Assembly: GCF_022045235.1 (NCBI RefSeq)
Contig: NW_027266271.1
Coordinates: 24,180,001 to 24,244,000, forward strand
Reading direction: 5' to 3'
Origin: Haliotis cracherodii
Taxonomy: Eukaryota
DNA: 64,000 nt
Shown piece after piece: positions 23,731 through 37,959 of the stretch. Under the pieces are notes generated by a model. It saw only the letters and a program-made list of their open reading frames with translations. It was not told the DNA's origin and ran no database searches. The position numbers were made by a program, and so were the translations under genes. How positions within the stretch are numbered: the first letter of the stretch is position 1; each line of letters begins with the position of its first letter.

Positions 23731-26700
23731 GATGCAGGCTAAGACTGATGCTTGATCATATCCACTGCTGCGGTTATGTGGCGATGCTGCAGTACGCATC
23801 TACGAAGATCAAACGAGGAATGATACCGGCTGCAAAAATGAACCAGGTATGTTGTTCTTTGTTAATATATATATATATATAATCTCATGGCATAAGGTAA
23901 GACATAATGAGTTACATCTGTTTAACTGAAAATGTCTCGAAAAGCGTTTGAATTTTCGCACAAAATATTTATTTATGATAATCAGTTAGCTACGGCTCAG
24001 AATAGTTACCTTAAAATGCGTGGACGTTACATGTGTGCGCGTCATACGTAACTCCAGAGCAAGACATCATTCGTTGAAAGCATATAATCAAACGGGGCTG
24101 TGGAACCAGCATTTCGCTTTGCGAAAGGAAGGTGAGGTTACAATTGTCATATTGTTTCTACTGATTGCACATTGTATCATTAGTATTTAACTTATGTGTT
24201 CCTTACATAATGTACCTGTTGGTTCCGAACTTAGGTCCAGTATTAAAATACGGAATATAAAGCAAATGTTGGATGTTCGGAAACCAAATTCTGAACCTTG
24301 TAGCACTGACGCGGTTGCGAGTAGAACTGTTAGAACTGACAGATAGTAATCCTTGCGTGTGTGCTCTGTTTCCTATTCACTTATCGTGAAGTAAGAATTA
24401 CCGGCAGGGTGATGTGTCGTAGTCTGAAACAACACCCCGCAATTCACAAGATAGGCATATGTAATTAAGTACATACACACGAAAACAAAGATAAATACGG
24501 ACTGTTTCTTCGTTATCATCGAAATACCTCATTGCTCCTGGAAGTTGTGCAAAGGTGTTGGACCACTTTGATAAGAGAGTTCAAGAAATGTTACACAGCC
24601 AGCGCGTACGATTTCAACATTTTGTAGTAAAGTCAAGATAATGTCCAGACATGCATGTTCTTTTCTTGGTGTGCGTCACAAATAATCTGCATCATTTATG
24701 AGTCTTTTCAAACAATTATGAGCCGTTTCACAAATTAAATCAAAAGAAATCTGAGGTTTACAGAGAAAATAATATGAAATGCATCAATCGCCTTATATAA
24801 AACATCATAGTGATATTTAGGGATAGGACACTTAGGCATCCCCTTCTCGGGATAGATGAAGCAAAATCGCGTCGTTTTGTCGGTATTTGTGAAGGTTAAA
24901 CTTGTAAGCATTTGAATAATTATTCCTTGCGATCTATGACCACAGATACAACAGTTGAACTCTCAAATGGACATACGCACCGTGTTGACTGTTCAACGAC
25001 TAAAGGGATACAGGACGGAGCTCTTGACTGCTTATTGTACCATGGTATTTACCTTGAAGTGCCTCAGTTGTCATCACCGGAAGAAACGACGGATTACATA
25101 CTGAAACGTCTCACAGTGTCCCAATATAGAGACATGTGCAGGTAAAAGTCACTTTGTCATGTTGAAAATACAAAATATAATAATACTCAAAGAACACAGT
25201 GGGTTCGTAATGAACGACATTTTCTTAATCCGATTTTTATATATCTTTTATATAATAGGGTTTGAAAACATTTAATGCAACTGGTATTGCATGCTTGCAC
25301 TACGAGGTGCTTTTCATGGTTTCTGGTTTCTTTCTTATGACAATTTTATAGTTTCTACCTACCGATTAGTGTAGTGTGTGTGTGTGCTTGAGTGCGTGCG
25401 TGTGAGTGCGTGTGGGGGCATTCTGTTCACGGTTTCTCATGTAACATTGTTTATTCGCCTTCTCAGCAACATTTCGGCCTTCCATAACGCTGTCAGCTGT
25501 ATCCTTGCTGTCCTGACACAGTGCAGTCCGTCCAAGCGACACCTGTTTGCTGACCCCCATTCTACCTCTCTCGGAATGACCTCATTTTGCCAACACAAGG
25601 ATTTTGATAGTAGGTGTAATACAAACGCTAAAACACAAATGTTCATTGTTTTGGCATGAAGATTTAGATATGCTTCGCTAGATATTCGAGACTGGTTATT
25701 CTCTGGCGTTGACCTTTTGAATTACATTTTCTTTCAACTTTGGCATTGGTTGCACACCAGCAATATATGACATTTCTGAGACATTTTTTGCTGACGATGC
25801 ACAACTTTTCTCCTTTCTCTTGTGTCACTGATTGTCTTTTTCAGAATTAGTATTTTGAACACATGTATCATTGACATGAAAAAATGATAATACGGCAAGT
25901 GTGAGACACATTCTTTTGCAAATCGTGTCAGTGGCGGCTGCTACCGGTAGAGCAGGGCAAAGCAACCATATTGAAAAATCTATTCACGGCCATTACTCGG
26001 TCATTTGTGTACAAAATGTAATGAAATGTTGTAATTGTTTAGTTTGTGGCGTCCTGCAATTGTTCATATGTTGACCTTTCTTTTACCATGCTCTTAAAAT
26101 CTCTCAAAATTCATATCTGGTTCCGTAAACTTCGTCTCTTCTAAAATCGCCAGGCAGGTATCTTATCTTTGACATACACCTTTTTCCTTAGGATTCTGTT
26201 TAAATCAGTATTTATGCAGAGTTTAGAATTTAAGCAGAAAATATTTAAAACTAATTTTTGTTAAGTGTCTGTCTTTGTTGGCATCATAAATTACATATCC
26301 AGGTGAGCTACAGTGCAGTGGCACTTTTCATATGGTAGCTCAATTTTCAGTTGTTCAGATTTTAGTTTGTATATTACTTTAAGAAAGACATTTCAATCAA
26401 GGTAATAAACCTTTAAAAATGATTGAACAATAATGACATAGATTTGGACCTCGAGTTAGTGTTTATCGTATGTTGTTTTTCTAGATTTTGCCTCCAGTTG
26501 TGTGATGAACGCCGACCAGAGCACCTGTGGGAAAAGGATGTTTAATTCCAGCACGCCCGAGCAAATATGCGGGTAGATAGATAAAATGTTGATTGAGGAT
26601 ATGTCTGACCATTGCATTATTAAAACATGTGCTGCTTTGTAGCTGTTTGATTGGTATTCTAGAAGTTGGTGTGTAAGAAAGTAAACGAACAACTCTAAGG

Positions 26701-27594
26701 ATAACATTTTTAAGTTGTACGTTTTCTTACTGCGTTGTAGTTATGTGAATATGGGTATTAATTTACTGTAAGTGCTTCGATAAAACAGACCCGTGGTGAT
26801 TCCATTGCAAGATTGGTCCTCTATTGTCCTAAAGGGTGGCCAGACTCTATGACTTGAATATGAGTGTGTAACAGTGCTCCGTGTCCCGTTCCTAATGCTT
26901 TCAAACCCGGGATTCGAACACACAACGACCGGATTCTGGCAGCTATAGTGTGTCGACGTAAACCACCGAGCTGCCGTAATACCTGTTCTTGGATCTATCC
27001 CCTGGCATGTGATATACCAAAAGTTGTCAACAATTAGACAGAACTCGGGGTATTTAGCAAGAGAATGTACATTGATTTACAACTGATTTCGGAGTAACAT
27101 GAATATGTATATTTCTGATGTACGTACAATCTCCTTTAACGTCACGACAGTGACAAGCCAGTGATTGACATCATGAGAATCGACTTACGCAGGATAGGAT
27201 ACGATGGCATGCGACAACCAAGGCAGCAAGCCTAACAACCAGATCCCGATAGTCCTACGAAAAGCCCAAATTCTAACCATGAACTTCACGGGGACCCGAG
27301 ATTGGAACATGGAGCAAGGTGTTGAAAGTGTATGAACTTAATTTACTTTTTTTTGTACCCAACAGTATCATCCAAACCTTCACCGACTGCATGAAAGCCT
27401 CTGTTGAATCCTGTGGTCCAAGCACTGCTGAACTGTACACGCACCTGCTGTCATCCCAGGTCCCCGCCCCCTGTGTGCAGGGGGGAAGGACGACCACACC
27501 CATCCCCAAGAGCCCGGCTGGCAAACGTGTGGCTTCAATGTTAATGACATTACTGGCATTTATATATTCGAGAGTTGGAATATCTCAGGGGTAA
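23731..27594 (+). pseudogene. A': 5'-truncated duplicate of gene A (exons 5-9 only)
   Basis: Exon copies at 23731-23846, 24946-25141, 25467-25609, 26485-26572, 27366-27594. The first Cys codon of exon 5 is TGA (gat gct TGA vs gat gtt TGT in A). Exons 1-4 are absent because the duplication breakpoint lies in intron 4. Confidence 0.85.
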
Positions 27595-28268
27595 AACCCG
27601 AACAACATGAATGTGGACTTTTTTTTGTACTATTTTCTTTTAGTTTCTTAAAATACGTTACAAACTCCACACATACAAATTTCACAACGGGTCAAGGGGC
27701 TTTCACGGCATTTTCGAGCTGTGACGTCATAATACATTTTGATCGAACTTACAAATTGAGTTGCCTTTGCATGTGTTTGTGACGGGTGCCACCGGTGGGG
27801 CAAGATATGCTCACCTTTTCGCGAATACCTGGTATCATAACTTTTTTATAGTGATTCATAAATACATGCTCATGATATGATCGGATTTGTATAATCGACT
27901 CTGCTTTAAGCAGAAAGTTCTATTGGATATGGAAAGGGTTCTGTCGCTTTATTTACAAACCTCATATTAATATTTGTTTGTGTTATCAGCTAGCACAGAA
28001 CCCGATCAGAGATTTAATTCTTGTTCTGTGGTTATCTTAAGTCAAACTACAGCCAATAATTATTTATAATATATAACTCTCGGGTATGTTCTTTGATTTC
28101 TATCCTCAGAAATATTACACTTCTAAATACACTGTCAATAACATAGGTTTTCATTGCAAAATACCTGGACAAACCAGGAATAACAAACCATAAAACAACT
28201 TTGATGTACATATTTGAACATATTTAATCTCCCTTTAAGCTACGTGAAGCTGTAACTGATAATCTACA

Positions 28269-31200
28269 TCAGCCAATTACGACTGACCCAGCGGTCAGAC
28301 ACATAGACGGCGATTGGCTACGAAGGAAGTCTTCGTACATACTGACAGTCTTCTTGCTGCAGCCGCTCACTGCCGACACCAGACACTTCTGGGTGGAACT
28401 AGTGGCACTGGAAACAAGCAAAAACACTTCCAGAGTTACCATATCATTTCTGAGTAGAAATATCATATATAAAAAAGTGCAAGGAATCTGAAAACTCTTG
28501 ACACTTATTCAAAGCTTGGTGAATAAGAAAACGTTAATACCAGGTAATAACCAGTCTGGATTACGGACATATTCCATAAAGCGCAAAAGGCAAAAAGTGA
28601 AACTTTTTTGAAATTATCATACTGAGTCAGGGATGACAAAAGGTGTTCGCGTAAAGGAAACACATGTCCTGTTTTACCGTTAGTACACGTTTTACAGAAG
28701 CTGGTCCATCTCCTTCGTTTGAAGATTGAATAAAGATTCATACTCCTACACATCAGGGTGACAACATTCAAGGCCTAAGTAAAGATTTTAGAATGTTTAT
28801 GATAGACTTGTGGAAGACATTTCCAAAACAATTCAGCTCAACCATTGATAGAGAGATGACACAAGGTGTTCGCCTTGTTTTACCCTTAGTACACGTTTCA
28901 CAAAAGCTGGTCTAACGCTTTCGTTCGAAGATTCAATAAATCTTCATACGACTCATGCACATAAGTTGTTTCATCAGGGTTGCAACATTGAAGACCTTAG
29001 TAAAACTATTAAAATGTGTTTGATAGACTTGTGGAAGACATTTCCGAAACAATTCAGCTCAACCATTGACTTTCCATTGCACGTGTTTGAGACGGGTGTC
29101 ATTGGTGGAACAGATACGATCACATCGGGAACAACTGTCATCATCACTAGTTATTCATAACCATATCACAATGGACATTACTTTTAATAGAGAATTCGTA
29201 TGGTTATCCATAGGGTTTTGTCGCTTTTATTTGTTTTGCTACAATATATACTATGGGTGTCAGAAACTTAATGAACATCTGGTGGTTACAGTGTGTCACC
29301 TCATCTTTATTCATGCTATCAACCACTGGTCTGACTGACCACGGCTATTGATACGTCCCCGGTTAATGCATCTAGATGGAATATTACTGAGTTCAGTCTG
29401 ATTAAAGTTGCGCTCAGTCATACTGTGATATCCTTTTGGACTACCAGTGACACTTTAGGACAAGTCCATTGTTTGTGGGTTGTAAACAGGGTAGAGCCTG
29501 CTATATTGTTTGCAGCTTAACACGTGCATGTAACTACTTTACCCATTATCCACGTGAATACACCATTGATCTAACATAGAAATATTTAATAAAGTAGTGA
29601 GCATTCTTCAGACCGGTGTCTTTGAACCGAAAGATCTCTGATGAAGTTTACTTACGCGCACAGGTGTCCTGGGCTAGTTGAATCCAAAGCGTGGAGTCCA
29701 TGGCCACTGCCGCATGCTGCTTTAGGTGCATTCTGTACACACTGAGTGTCGAAATCTAAGAACAGACAATTATAAGAAAGATTCACTATATCATTCTTAA
29801 ATAAAAAACATACAACTTTGAATTAAATAAAAATGAATGCCTTTTCTAAAATATACATAGTTCTTCATTTTTAAATTTAGATATCGCCGTTTCAAAAATT
29901 ACACCTTCAACACTTCTAAATATCAAAGACATGTATGACTCTATGTCCCGGATTAAGATTCATATGTACAAGTTTGAAATAAAATAAATATACAGTATCC
30001 ATGCGCTGTATACTTTCAAAATGACTTTCAAATTTCACCGGGTTTAAAAAAAAATGAAAATACCAACCTCTACACAAGTATAATTATGGAACTTAAATGT
30101 TGTGTGCGTCTCGAGTCTCAAAAAAGACATACACGTATGAATAAAGGATGGACATTTTGCCGTATATCTCACCCTGCATGTGGCCGCAGAGGTTAGCCAA
30201 TCCGTCCTGCACTGTCTGGGAGTCGGCCACCATCGGCTTTGTCACGTGGTCACTGCACTGCTCCTGTACCCACAGAGTACAGTTCACTGCCAGCTGGTAG
30301 TTCTTCAGATTACTGTATGATATAGGACGTAACTTATGAAGCACGCTGTATGTTTATGTATATTCTGTGTATGTTACACACAGTTCACTGTCAGCTGGTA
30401 GTGCTTCAGATTACTGTATGATATAGAACGTAACTTATGAAGCACGCTGTATGTTTATGTATATTCTGTGTATGTAACATGTACTATTTAGTCATTCTAT
30501 AATTCATCCTGGGATAGTTGCTTCTGAAATAAGTTCATTGTCCCTTTAATGTGCCCAGTTCTACATAAGAAAATTCGGAAGATAGTAAATGGAAGCAAAG
30601 TGATTTTAAAAGTTCTCAAAATAAGTATTTCCGAAGCATGAATTAGATGTGCATTCCAATAATACAATTCTTAAAGTTTTGTAATTACATACAATTGACA
30701 AATAATGTTACTGGTTGATAAAAGATTAAGATATATGTTTTTCTATATACGTAAATTTAAAAGGAACCCTGAAAATGGAGAAATATATTTTGGAGACTTT
30801 AAGATCTATGCCGCGCTATTTTCATCTTCCCGAGGCAAGAGGGTTAACTGGCTTTAAAAGTGGAAACTGGACTTTTATAGTCAGTTAACTCTCTTGCCTC
30901 GGGAAGATGAAAATAGCGCGGCATAGATCTTGAATTTTCTGTACGCATAAGAAATTCCGCTTCTTTACGGATGGATAACCATGCCCTAAATTCTTGGTAC
31001 ACTTTCAGGCAACAATTGAAGCAACATCAAGAAAATGTTTATGGATAATGTCGAAGACGGCGACAGATAACAGACGCCAGAGAGCAGATTGCACATTAGT
31101 AAACAGAACTCTACTTTTTTCACGTCTACTGTCTAAATTTGTAAAACTGTTAATATTGATCAATCCCTTACCCGCGATGTCTGATTTTCCATGGTCCATT

Positions 31201-34200
31201 CATATAATTTCAACTGCTATCTTGCCTTTTTGGTCCAATGGATACTCGAGACTGGTTATTTTTTAGCTTTGATGTTTTATATTAATATTGAAAACAGACA
31301 CTTGTAACTACAGGAGTTCGAGGTGGTAATAAGCGATTATTTAAAATTGCATATACCTGCACATCGTCTTGCTTTCACTCATTGCCATAGCGTTCATAAT
31401 GTAATGGCTAGTGGCTTCACTTGTTAGTTGCTTCGGGACATCTAGCAATACACTGTTGTACATTAAGCATTGATAGTAGCTGCTTCGGATGTTTTCAGTG
31501 GTGGAACAGTCCACGCTGGTGATGTCTGGGCCTGACGGAAGTGAATGAATTAATATCAAGTCGTAGGAATGTGCCATGGTACATGGTACATGTATTTACA
31601 GGAAGGCTTGTTTATAAATGATTCCCAAACCTACTCGATGAAACGACCAGAAAATGTGTATGCACATGGCAAATACCAGAAATTGCTTGTGTGTCTGTCT
31701 GTTTGTTTATTGTTGTTTAACGCCGCACTCAGAATATTCCAGCTATACTATGGCGGTCTGTAAATAATCGATTCTCGAACAGATAATCCATCGATTGACA
31801 TCATGAGCATCGATCTAAAAGCTCTTGCAACAATAAATGAATAAGAATGTTTTACAGTCAAATAACACCAAAATGATATGACAGTTAGGTTTTGAGAAAT
31901 GTTGAATATATAATGGTCCGTCACCAGCATCCCTATAAGTATGACAGGTACAGTTCAACGTTTGGGCTGTAGATCGTATATACTAGTAACTATGTTTAAT
32001 TATTTACAACTTTACTCAACACACAACAGAGTTAATATAATGTTCATTAATAGCCTTTGCACACAACTACATTTCCTTAATCCATCTGCTGTTTTACTGA
32101 TCATATATGTGTGAAGATGTCTGTCAGTCCTGTTGTGACGAACCTGTAGCAATTGACGAGCAGTCTGTGTTGTTTGGTACGTTTGGCACGTTTGCTTCAT
32201 ACATATGGAGTGCGGCCTCGCCACAGGCTGGTATGTACTTTCGGGCACATAGCGATGACATCTGTGCTGACCTGACATAGATAATTCAAATGAAATCAAC
32301 TTTTAATATAATTAAGAAATTAGATTGTGAGGGGGTATAGCTCTGTTTCATGTACAAGACACTTTCAACGGATTTGGTATTGTAATGTAATGTATTTCAT
32401 GTAAAGACTTAATGAGGTTGATATCTTCTAGTTGCTAATGATGGAATGTCAAAGATTCGATGTTTTATAGTTTTGGGGAAAAGTAAATATCGGAAGAACC
32501 TGTTCATGGATATCAATCAGCCTTTCCATGATACCATGTACGACTATTGGGGAAAAATGGATAGCAAGAATCTAATAATCTTTTAATCAGGCCTGATGTG
32601 AATTACACAAATGTTTTCCTGCCTGTGAACTTCCATAAAGACTAAGAATGGTGGTCATGAGACAAATACACGCACTCACGCACACGGGTTGTATCATTTT
32701 AACTCTTTCAACACCGTCGGCCGGTTATCCGGCCAAGAAGCATCGAGTCCCCAGTCATCCGGCCAAGCCCTAGTCACGTCAAAATAGTATATATTTTTAT
32801 GGACCTACCTGTAATATCATTCATTTATTAAATCTATCACATTTCACAATGTCTGAAATACATATTCCATTTCAATTTATCATTTTTTATCGATAAATTA
32901 AAAAATTATTCACTATTTCCCGCAATGTTATTGAAAATAGAATTCTCGGACACACATTTCGACAACGGGTCCACATCGAACATGTCAAAGAGGAAAATAA
33001 AGACGTTTTAAAAAAATCTTTAAATATATATACAAAGTAATAAGTAAAACCAACAAAAATATATCTAAAAGTAATCAAACTTACATCTAAGTTATTATTT
33101 CCATCTTTTCGTGCGATCGCGTGTAATGTAAGTCAAATGACATCTCGGCTTTCGTCGCCTTGAATTCTCGGCTCGGACACGATGTTTAATGCAAAAATAT
33201 ATGCATGAATTTTTTTTGTCACAGGTCGTAACCTAGCACGATACATTCACGAAGTTCCATATTTTGAATATATATCCTGCTCAAAACGTTCAGAATAACA
33301 CAATTTAACAAAATTCTTTCCTCACCTTTTGTAATTTATCGAACACGAGCTTGGTATCACAGCTGTAATGTGATTGGCTGCCTTAGGTCAAGTGCTCAAA
33401 ATTGACCAATCACGAAACTTGTAGCAGATTTCGGCAAGAAAGCGTCGTTAGAAACCAATTTTAAATCCAATGAAATCGCTTGTTATAACTACGAATAAAA
33501 ACGATGGCGAGCGTGTAGATGAAGGAATAAGCTTTCCAGCGATGTGTCATATGCCATTCATCGACGAACGTGTTATTCATACGAAACCTCGAAAACGGGG
33601 GTATTTCTTCATTTTACTGAGCGAACAGTCGCTGTTATCGGGAAATGGGTGATGACAGAAAGTATTTATAATTCTTTTTAAAATGATTTTCCAATTACGT
33701 AAACAATGAAAATAAAACAGAAATAGGTACGTGGATATTATGAAATCATATATTTGCCGAAAATCGTCAAGTTTTCGCTTCCTTGGTCCTTACTCTGGAT
33801 GTTAACAACGTGTTTGCGTACATTTCTTATTTACAACGAATTTAATTAAGTTGTAAATGCATTATTTTAAATAATGTGAAAAACATAATTTTCATATTTA
33901 TAAACCATATGATCAGACCTTTCAAATGGTGTATAACATGTAGTAGCAAATATATCTTACAAGCAGGTATTTTCTTTGATAAATGTTGGCTTCATCTATC
34001 ACACAAGAGTCTCTGGGAACTCTGTGTCCCAGCAGTAAACACTTCTGATTGACTGGTGTTGAAAGAGTTAAAGAAGGATACTAGTATTTGACGACAAGTT
34101 ACTCACAAACAATCTCTCTTGTGCATCAACTCAGTAAAGTTGAGGTGAAGGTAATCGTTGGTGGTTATGTAACTGCTGACATCGGCACAGTCCCCCATTT

Positions 34201-37200
34201 TAGACGTCACTTCGACCATGCAGGTCATGTTGATCTCTTGAGGAACAATGACGTACTTAATAGTTAAACAAGATAGCCGGGGATTATAAAAACAGTACTG
34301 TTTTATTTATGTACTGGTATCAGTTCTTACGGATGCCTATGGTTAAGTGAAAGAAGATAGCAAGTTTCTTAACATCTAAGGTGGAAACCAAATTGACATC
34401 AATAAAATGAATTAGTGCACCGAGAAACCTCATTTCTCGAAGTACTGGAGTAAATCAACAATATATAGAGCTGGTTATAGTTTCGAGTGATTTGATTTCA
34501 CAGAGCCAAAAGGACTTGTACATCCCCTTTAACAATTTATTCAGTTTATGAAGGTCGAGTTATCGAGGTTTATCAATAAACAATATATTTCAGACAAGCA
34601 TGTCGAACATTTTTCTTTCGAACACATCTTACGTGGTTCAAAAATTTAAAAACATATCCTGTTTTGATAACTAGTCCTGAATTCAGCTTACAACAGAATC
34701 TTTTATGGTAACCAGAAAGGAAAGAGGACGGCTTTGGAAAGCTTTAATGAGGCCTTGAATGTTGTAACCTTGATCAAACAATTTTGCACAAGGGTCGCAG
34801 AACGTTCTTTGAAGGAAATAGTATGTTTGTACATACTATGTACAACAAGTTGTGAAATGTAGACACCAAAGGCTGGAGCTGCTGGAATATTGCTCAACAA
34901 AAGGAGACTATTGAAAGGTTGAAGTCATCCCTCATATCATAAAAGGGAATTGACTCTTTAAACTTGAGTAACATTCTCAGACAAACATATATTTCCCTAA
35001 AAAATCCAGAATATTACGCATTTCAGGAACAACAAACAGTTTCATTTTCCAAGTTGTTATTGGACTTTNNNNNNNNNNNNNNNNNNNNNNNNNNNNNNNN
35101 NNNNNNNNNNNNNNNNNNNNNNNNNNNNNNNNNNNNNNNNNNNNNNNNNNNNNNNNNNNNNNNNNNNNNNNNNNNNNNNNNNNNNNNNNNNNNNNNNCTA
35201 TCTGAAATTACCGAATTCCAAAACCATTTTGAATTCTAAAATAGAGGCAGCATTGTTTAACGACATTCGACTGAAATTTTCTGGACATTCGTGAGTGCTC
35301 GGAAATATATTGTGAGGCCTGATACTTACTGCTATTGCCATTTGTTTGACCATTGAACTGCCTGTTTTGATTGTAAACATAAAACTGTATTTTTGAATAA
35401 AATATATTAATCATGTTTGGTCATTTACTTATTTCACAATTTTAGCTTGTAGAAATCCATTTCTAGGATTAGCTTTGCGTTTCATGTTGGAAACTTCGTA
35501 ACACTGATACATGTCACATTATCAGAGGTGATTTAAGACCAGTTGAATCTGTTTGAGCAGATAATCAAGACTGTTTATTCTCTGGCGTTTACTATTGTCT
35601 ATTACTGACATAACGGATAGGATCCGGTGACAATTGTCCAATTCCTTTGTCAGTGGTTAACAATTACGCTATACTCACTGTCCTTGTTGGCGCAGGCATA
35701 TTCTTGCCACTTCTTTATCTTGTCTGCCGTCGTATACGTATCGGTCTGTTTTAAACACTTCTTGTTTATGTTACCAACACAATCAGCGGCCTTCCCATAA
35801 CCGTCAAGATTCCTGAACGTTTCGTCAAATGACAATGTTATTACATGGACAACGTGAACGAATATCATTTCGTATGTTTTGCAACAATGTTATAAAAAAG
35901 TTGAATGTATCATATAGTCTGTATCATATAATCAAGAGATACGCAATTGCAGAAACATAGCCCCAACACAACCATACTGTTGTTCGAGCAGGGTTAATGT
36001 CAAATACTACTCTGTTTCTTTGTTTGTTGTTTAGCACCACACTTAGCAATATACCAACCGCTAAACAGAGCTCTCAGGTCATCCCATTAATTGTCAAGTA
36101 CTTCCTACGGGCTATAGTCAATTCTCTTCTGTTAGAGTCACTTTCAAATGTTTATTATCCTTTAAAGCGAGACGAAGACGATCTTTTTATGGAATCAGTC
36201 GTACAGCCCTTTACTGTCGTTCAGAATACCTCGTATTAACCATTTCGAGTTTGCATGATCAGAAAACACTTTCCAACTGTCACTTTCCCGATCTGGTTAA
36301 CTGATTGATGGGATGAAAGGTCGTTCTGACATGAACCTATTGGGATGTCTGATTTTATTGAGATTTGCAATATTCCAGCTTTAGGGTGGCAGACTTCAAA
36401 TAATCGAGTCTAAACCATCAAGCTGATTTACAGCATTATCAATTGGGATTCGATGACATGCATCAAAAACGCCAGTCACCAGATTGCCCGGTCAATATTC
36501 GACTTCATACATTGATAATAAAGCATCCTTGACTGCGGCGTAAAACATCAGTCACTGCACTAAAATCATAATGGTAGTATTTCAATTATCATTATCATTT
36601 GATCTTGTTTTTCGCTATTCCAATGCCACAAGCATCATTAATAGTACCATGAAGTATGATTGTTGATGTTATTAAGTGTTATTGAAGGAATTGTTCATAC
36701 TAACCTACACATGTCATCTAAATAACCTGGGGTTATCGAAGACAATACTGCACCTCCGGACGAGTTGGTGATTTCGCTTAAGGATGGCATTTTGAAAGTG
36801 ACGCCGTATTCTTCAAGACACTTTTGTCCAAATAACAACACAGATTGTAGATCGCTGCAGTTTACTTGATGGGAGAAATCGATCACATCTGAGGTTCCAT
36901 TCTTCCCTGGAAAATTATTCAATGAGTTCTTCTAATTTGTTCTCGCTAATTGCTAAATCAACATCCTCGCATTTAAAATTTAGCTTTCACAGGAAGAAAC
37001 AGATATATTAGTGCTCAAGAGATTTGCAAATTTGTATCACGTTTTGCGATGGTACAGGGTGTGCTGGGTTACGCAAGAAATTGGTAGGGTTCGAGTTTCA
37101 GTCGCCATAACACCAAAGATGTTTTCAGTATAACACGAATAAGATGAGTGGGTGAGTACGTTTGGTTTTACGCTGCTTTTAGCAATATTCCAGCAATATC

Positions 37201-37605
37201 ATGGCGAGGGACACCAGAAATGGGCTTCACATATTGTACCCATGTGATGAATCAGACCCGGGTCTTCGGCGTGACGAGCGAACGCTTCAATCACTAGGCT
37301 ACTCCACCGCCCCAAATTAGATGAGAAAGATATGTTACAATTACCCTCATAAATCATAGTGTTCATGTTTGCATGATCCATTATTTCAGCAGAATCAAAA
37401 TTCTATAGGCTCTCCAAGCACCCCAGGACCCAGTATCTAGCGAATAGTAACAACAGATTAATGATACTTGATGACACCACGTCGTCCCAGTTTATGGAGT
37501 GAATATCCCATTTAACAATTTTACTATTCAAAAGGCAGAGACGTAAATAAACTTACCGGAAACCATCGAAAACAGCAGGAACACGAATAGGAACAAGAGC
37601 CTCAT
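28269..37605 (-). CDS. Gene B': duplicate of gene B, secreted 24-Cys glycoprotein (398 aa)
   Basis: Exons 37605-37557, 36906-36705, 35812-35679, 34236-34107, 32271-32144 (in-frame 9-nt NVP duplication), 31531-31357, 30312-30173, 29755-29656, 28407-28269 (...SMCLTAGSVVIG*). Total 1197 nt, no stops, all 24 Cys and splice sites kept. Confidence 0.88.
30801..30931. repeat. 131-bp near-perfect palindrome (61-bp arms, 9-nt loop) in intron 6 of B'
   Basis: aagatctatgccgcgctattttcatcttcccgaggcaaga...tcttgcctcgggaagatgaaaatagcgcggcatagatctt, with 3 mismatches. Damaged copy at ~15293-15401. Confidence 0.9.
32703..34067 (+). mobile_element. Non-autonomous piggyBac-like DNA transposon (1365 bp) in intron 4 of B'
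   Basis: TTAA|ctctttcaacacc ... ggtgttgaaagag|TTAA: 13-bp perfect TIR and TTAA duplication. The paralogous empty site cattTTAAagaagg is at ~17351-17364. No transposase ORF. Confidence 0.85.
35069..35197. other. Assembly gap (129 N) in intron 3 of B'
   Basis: N run. The paralogous interval in B (~18491-18763) is longer and contains a (TA)n tract. Confidence 0.95.
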
Positions 37606-37959
37606 GGTTGCCAGCGCTTATAATGAACATACACGTTTCCCTGTACATATATTATATACAGGGCTTGATACACACCCACGTGGGAATTTGTGTCGCCTGT
37701 AACATCTGCCTGAATACAATCATGGCATACTCTCAAAATAGATATAAGGTATTGTGCAAAAACAGTGTGTGTTGAACTAGAAACATTTGTTTCCGTACAA
37801 AGAGAGATATATCTCTGGGTATAGCAAATGTACCACCAAATTCCTGTCTTGAAGATTAACCATTATCCATAATCAGTCATTACTAAATGACAACAAAATA
37901 TCCCTAACTTTTTGTGGCTGAATGTGTATATCTCTCCACAGCCAAAACAGTGAAATACA

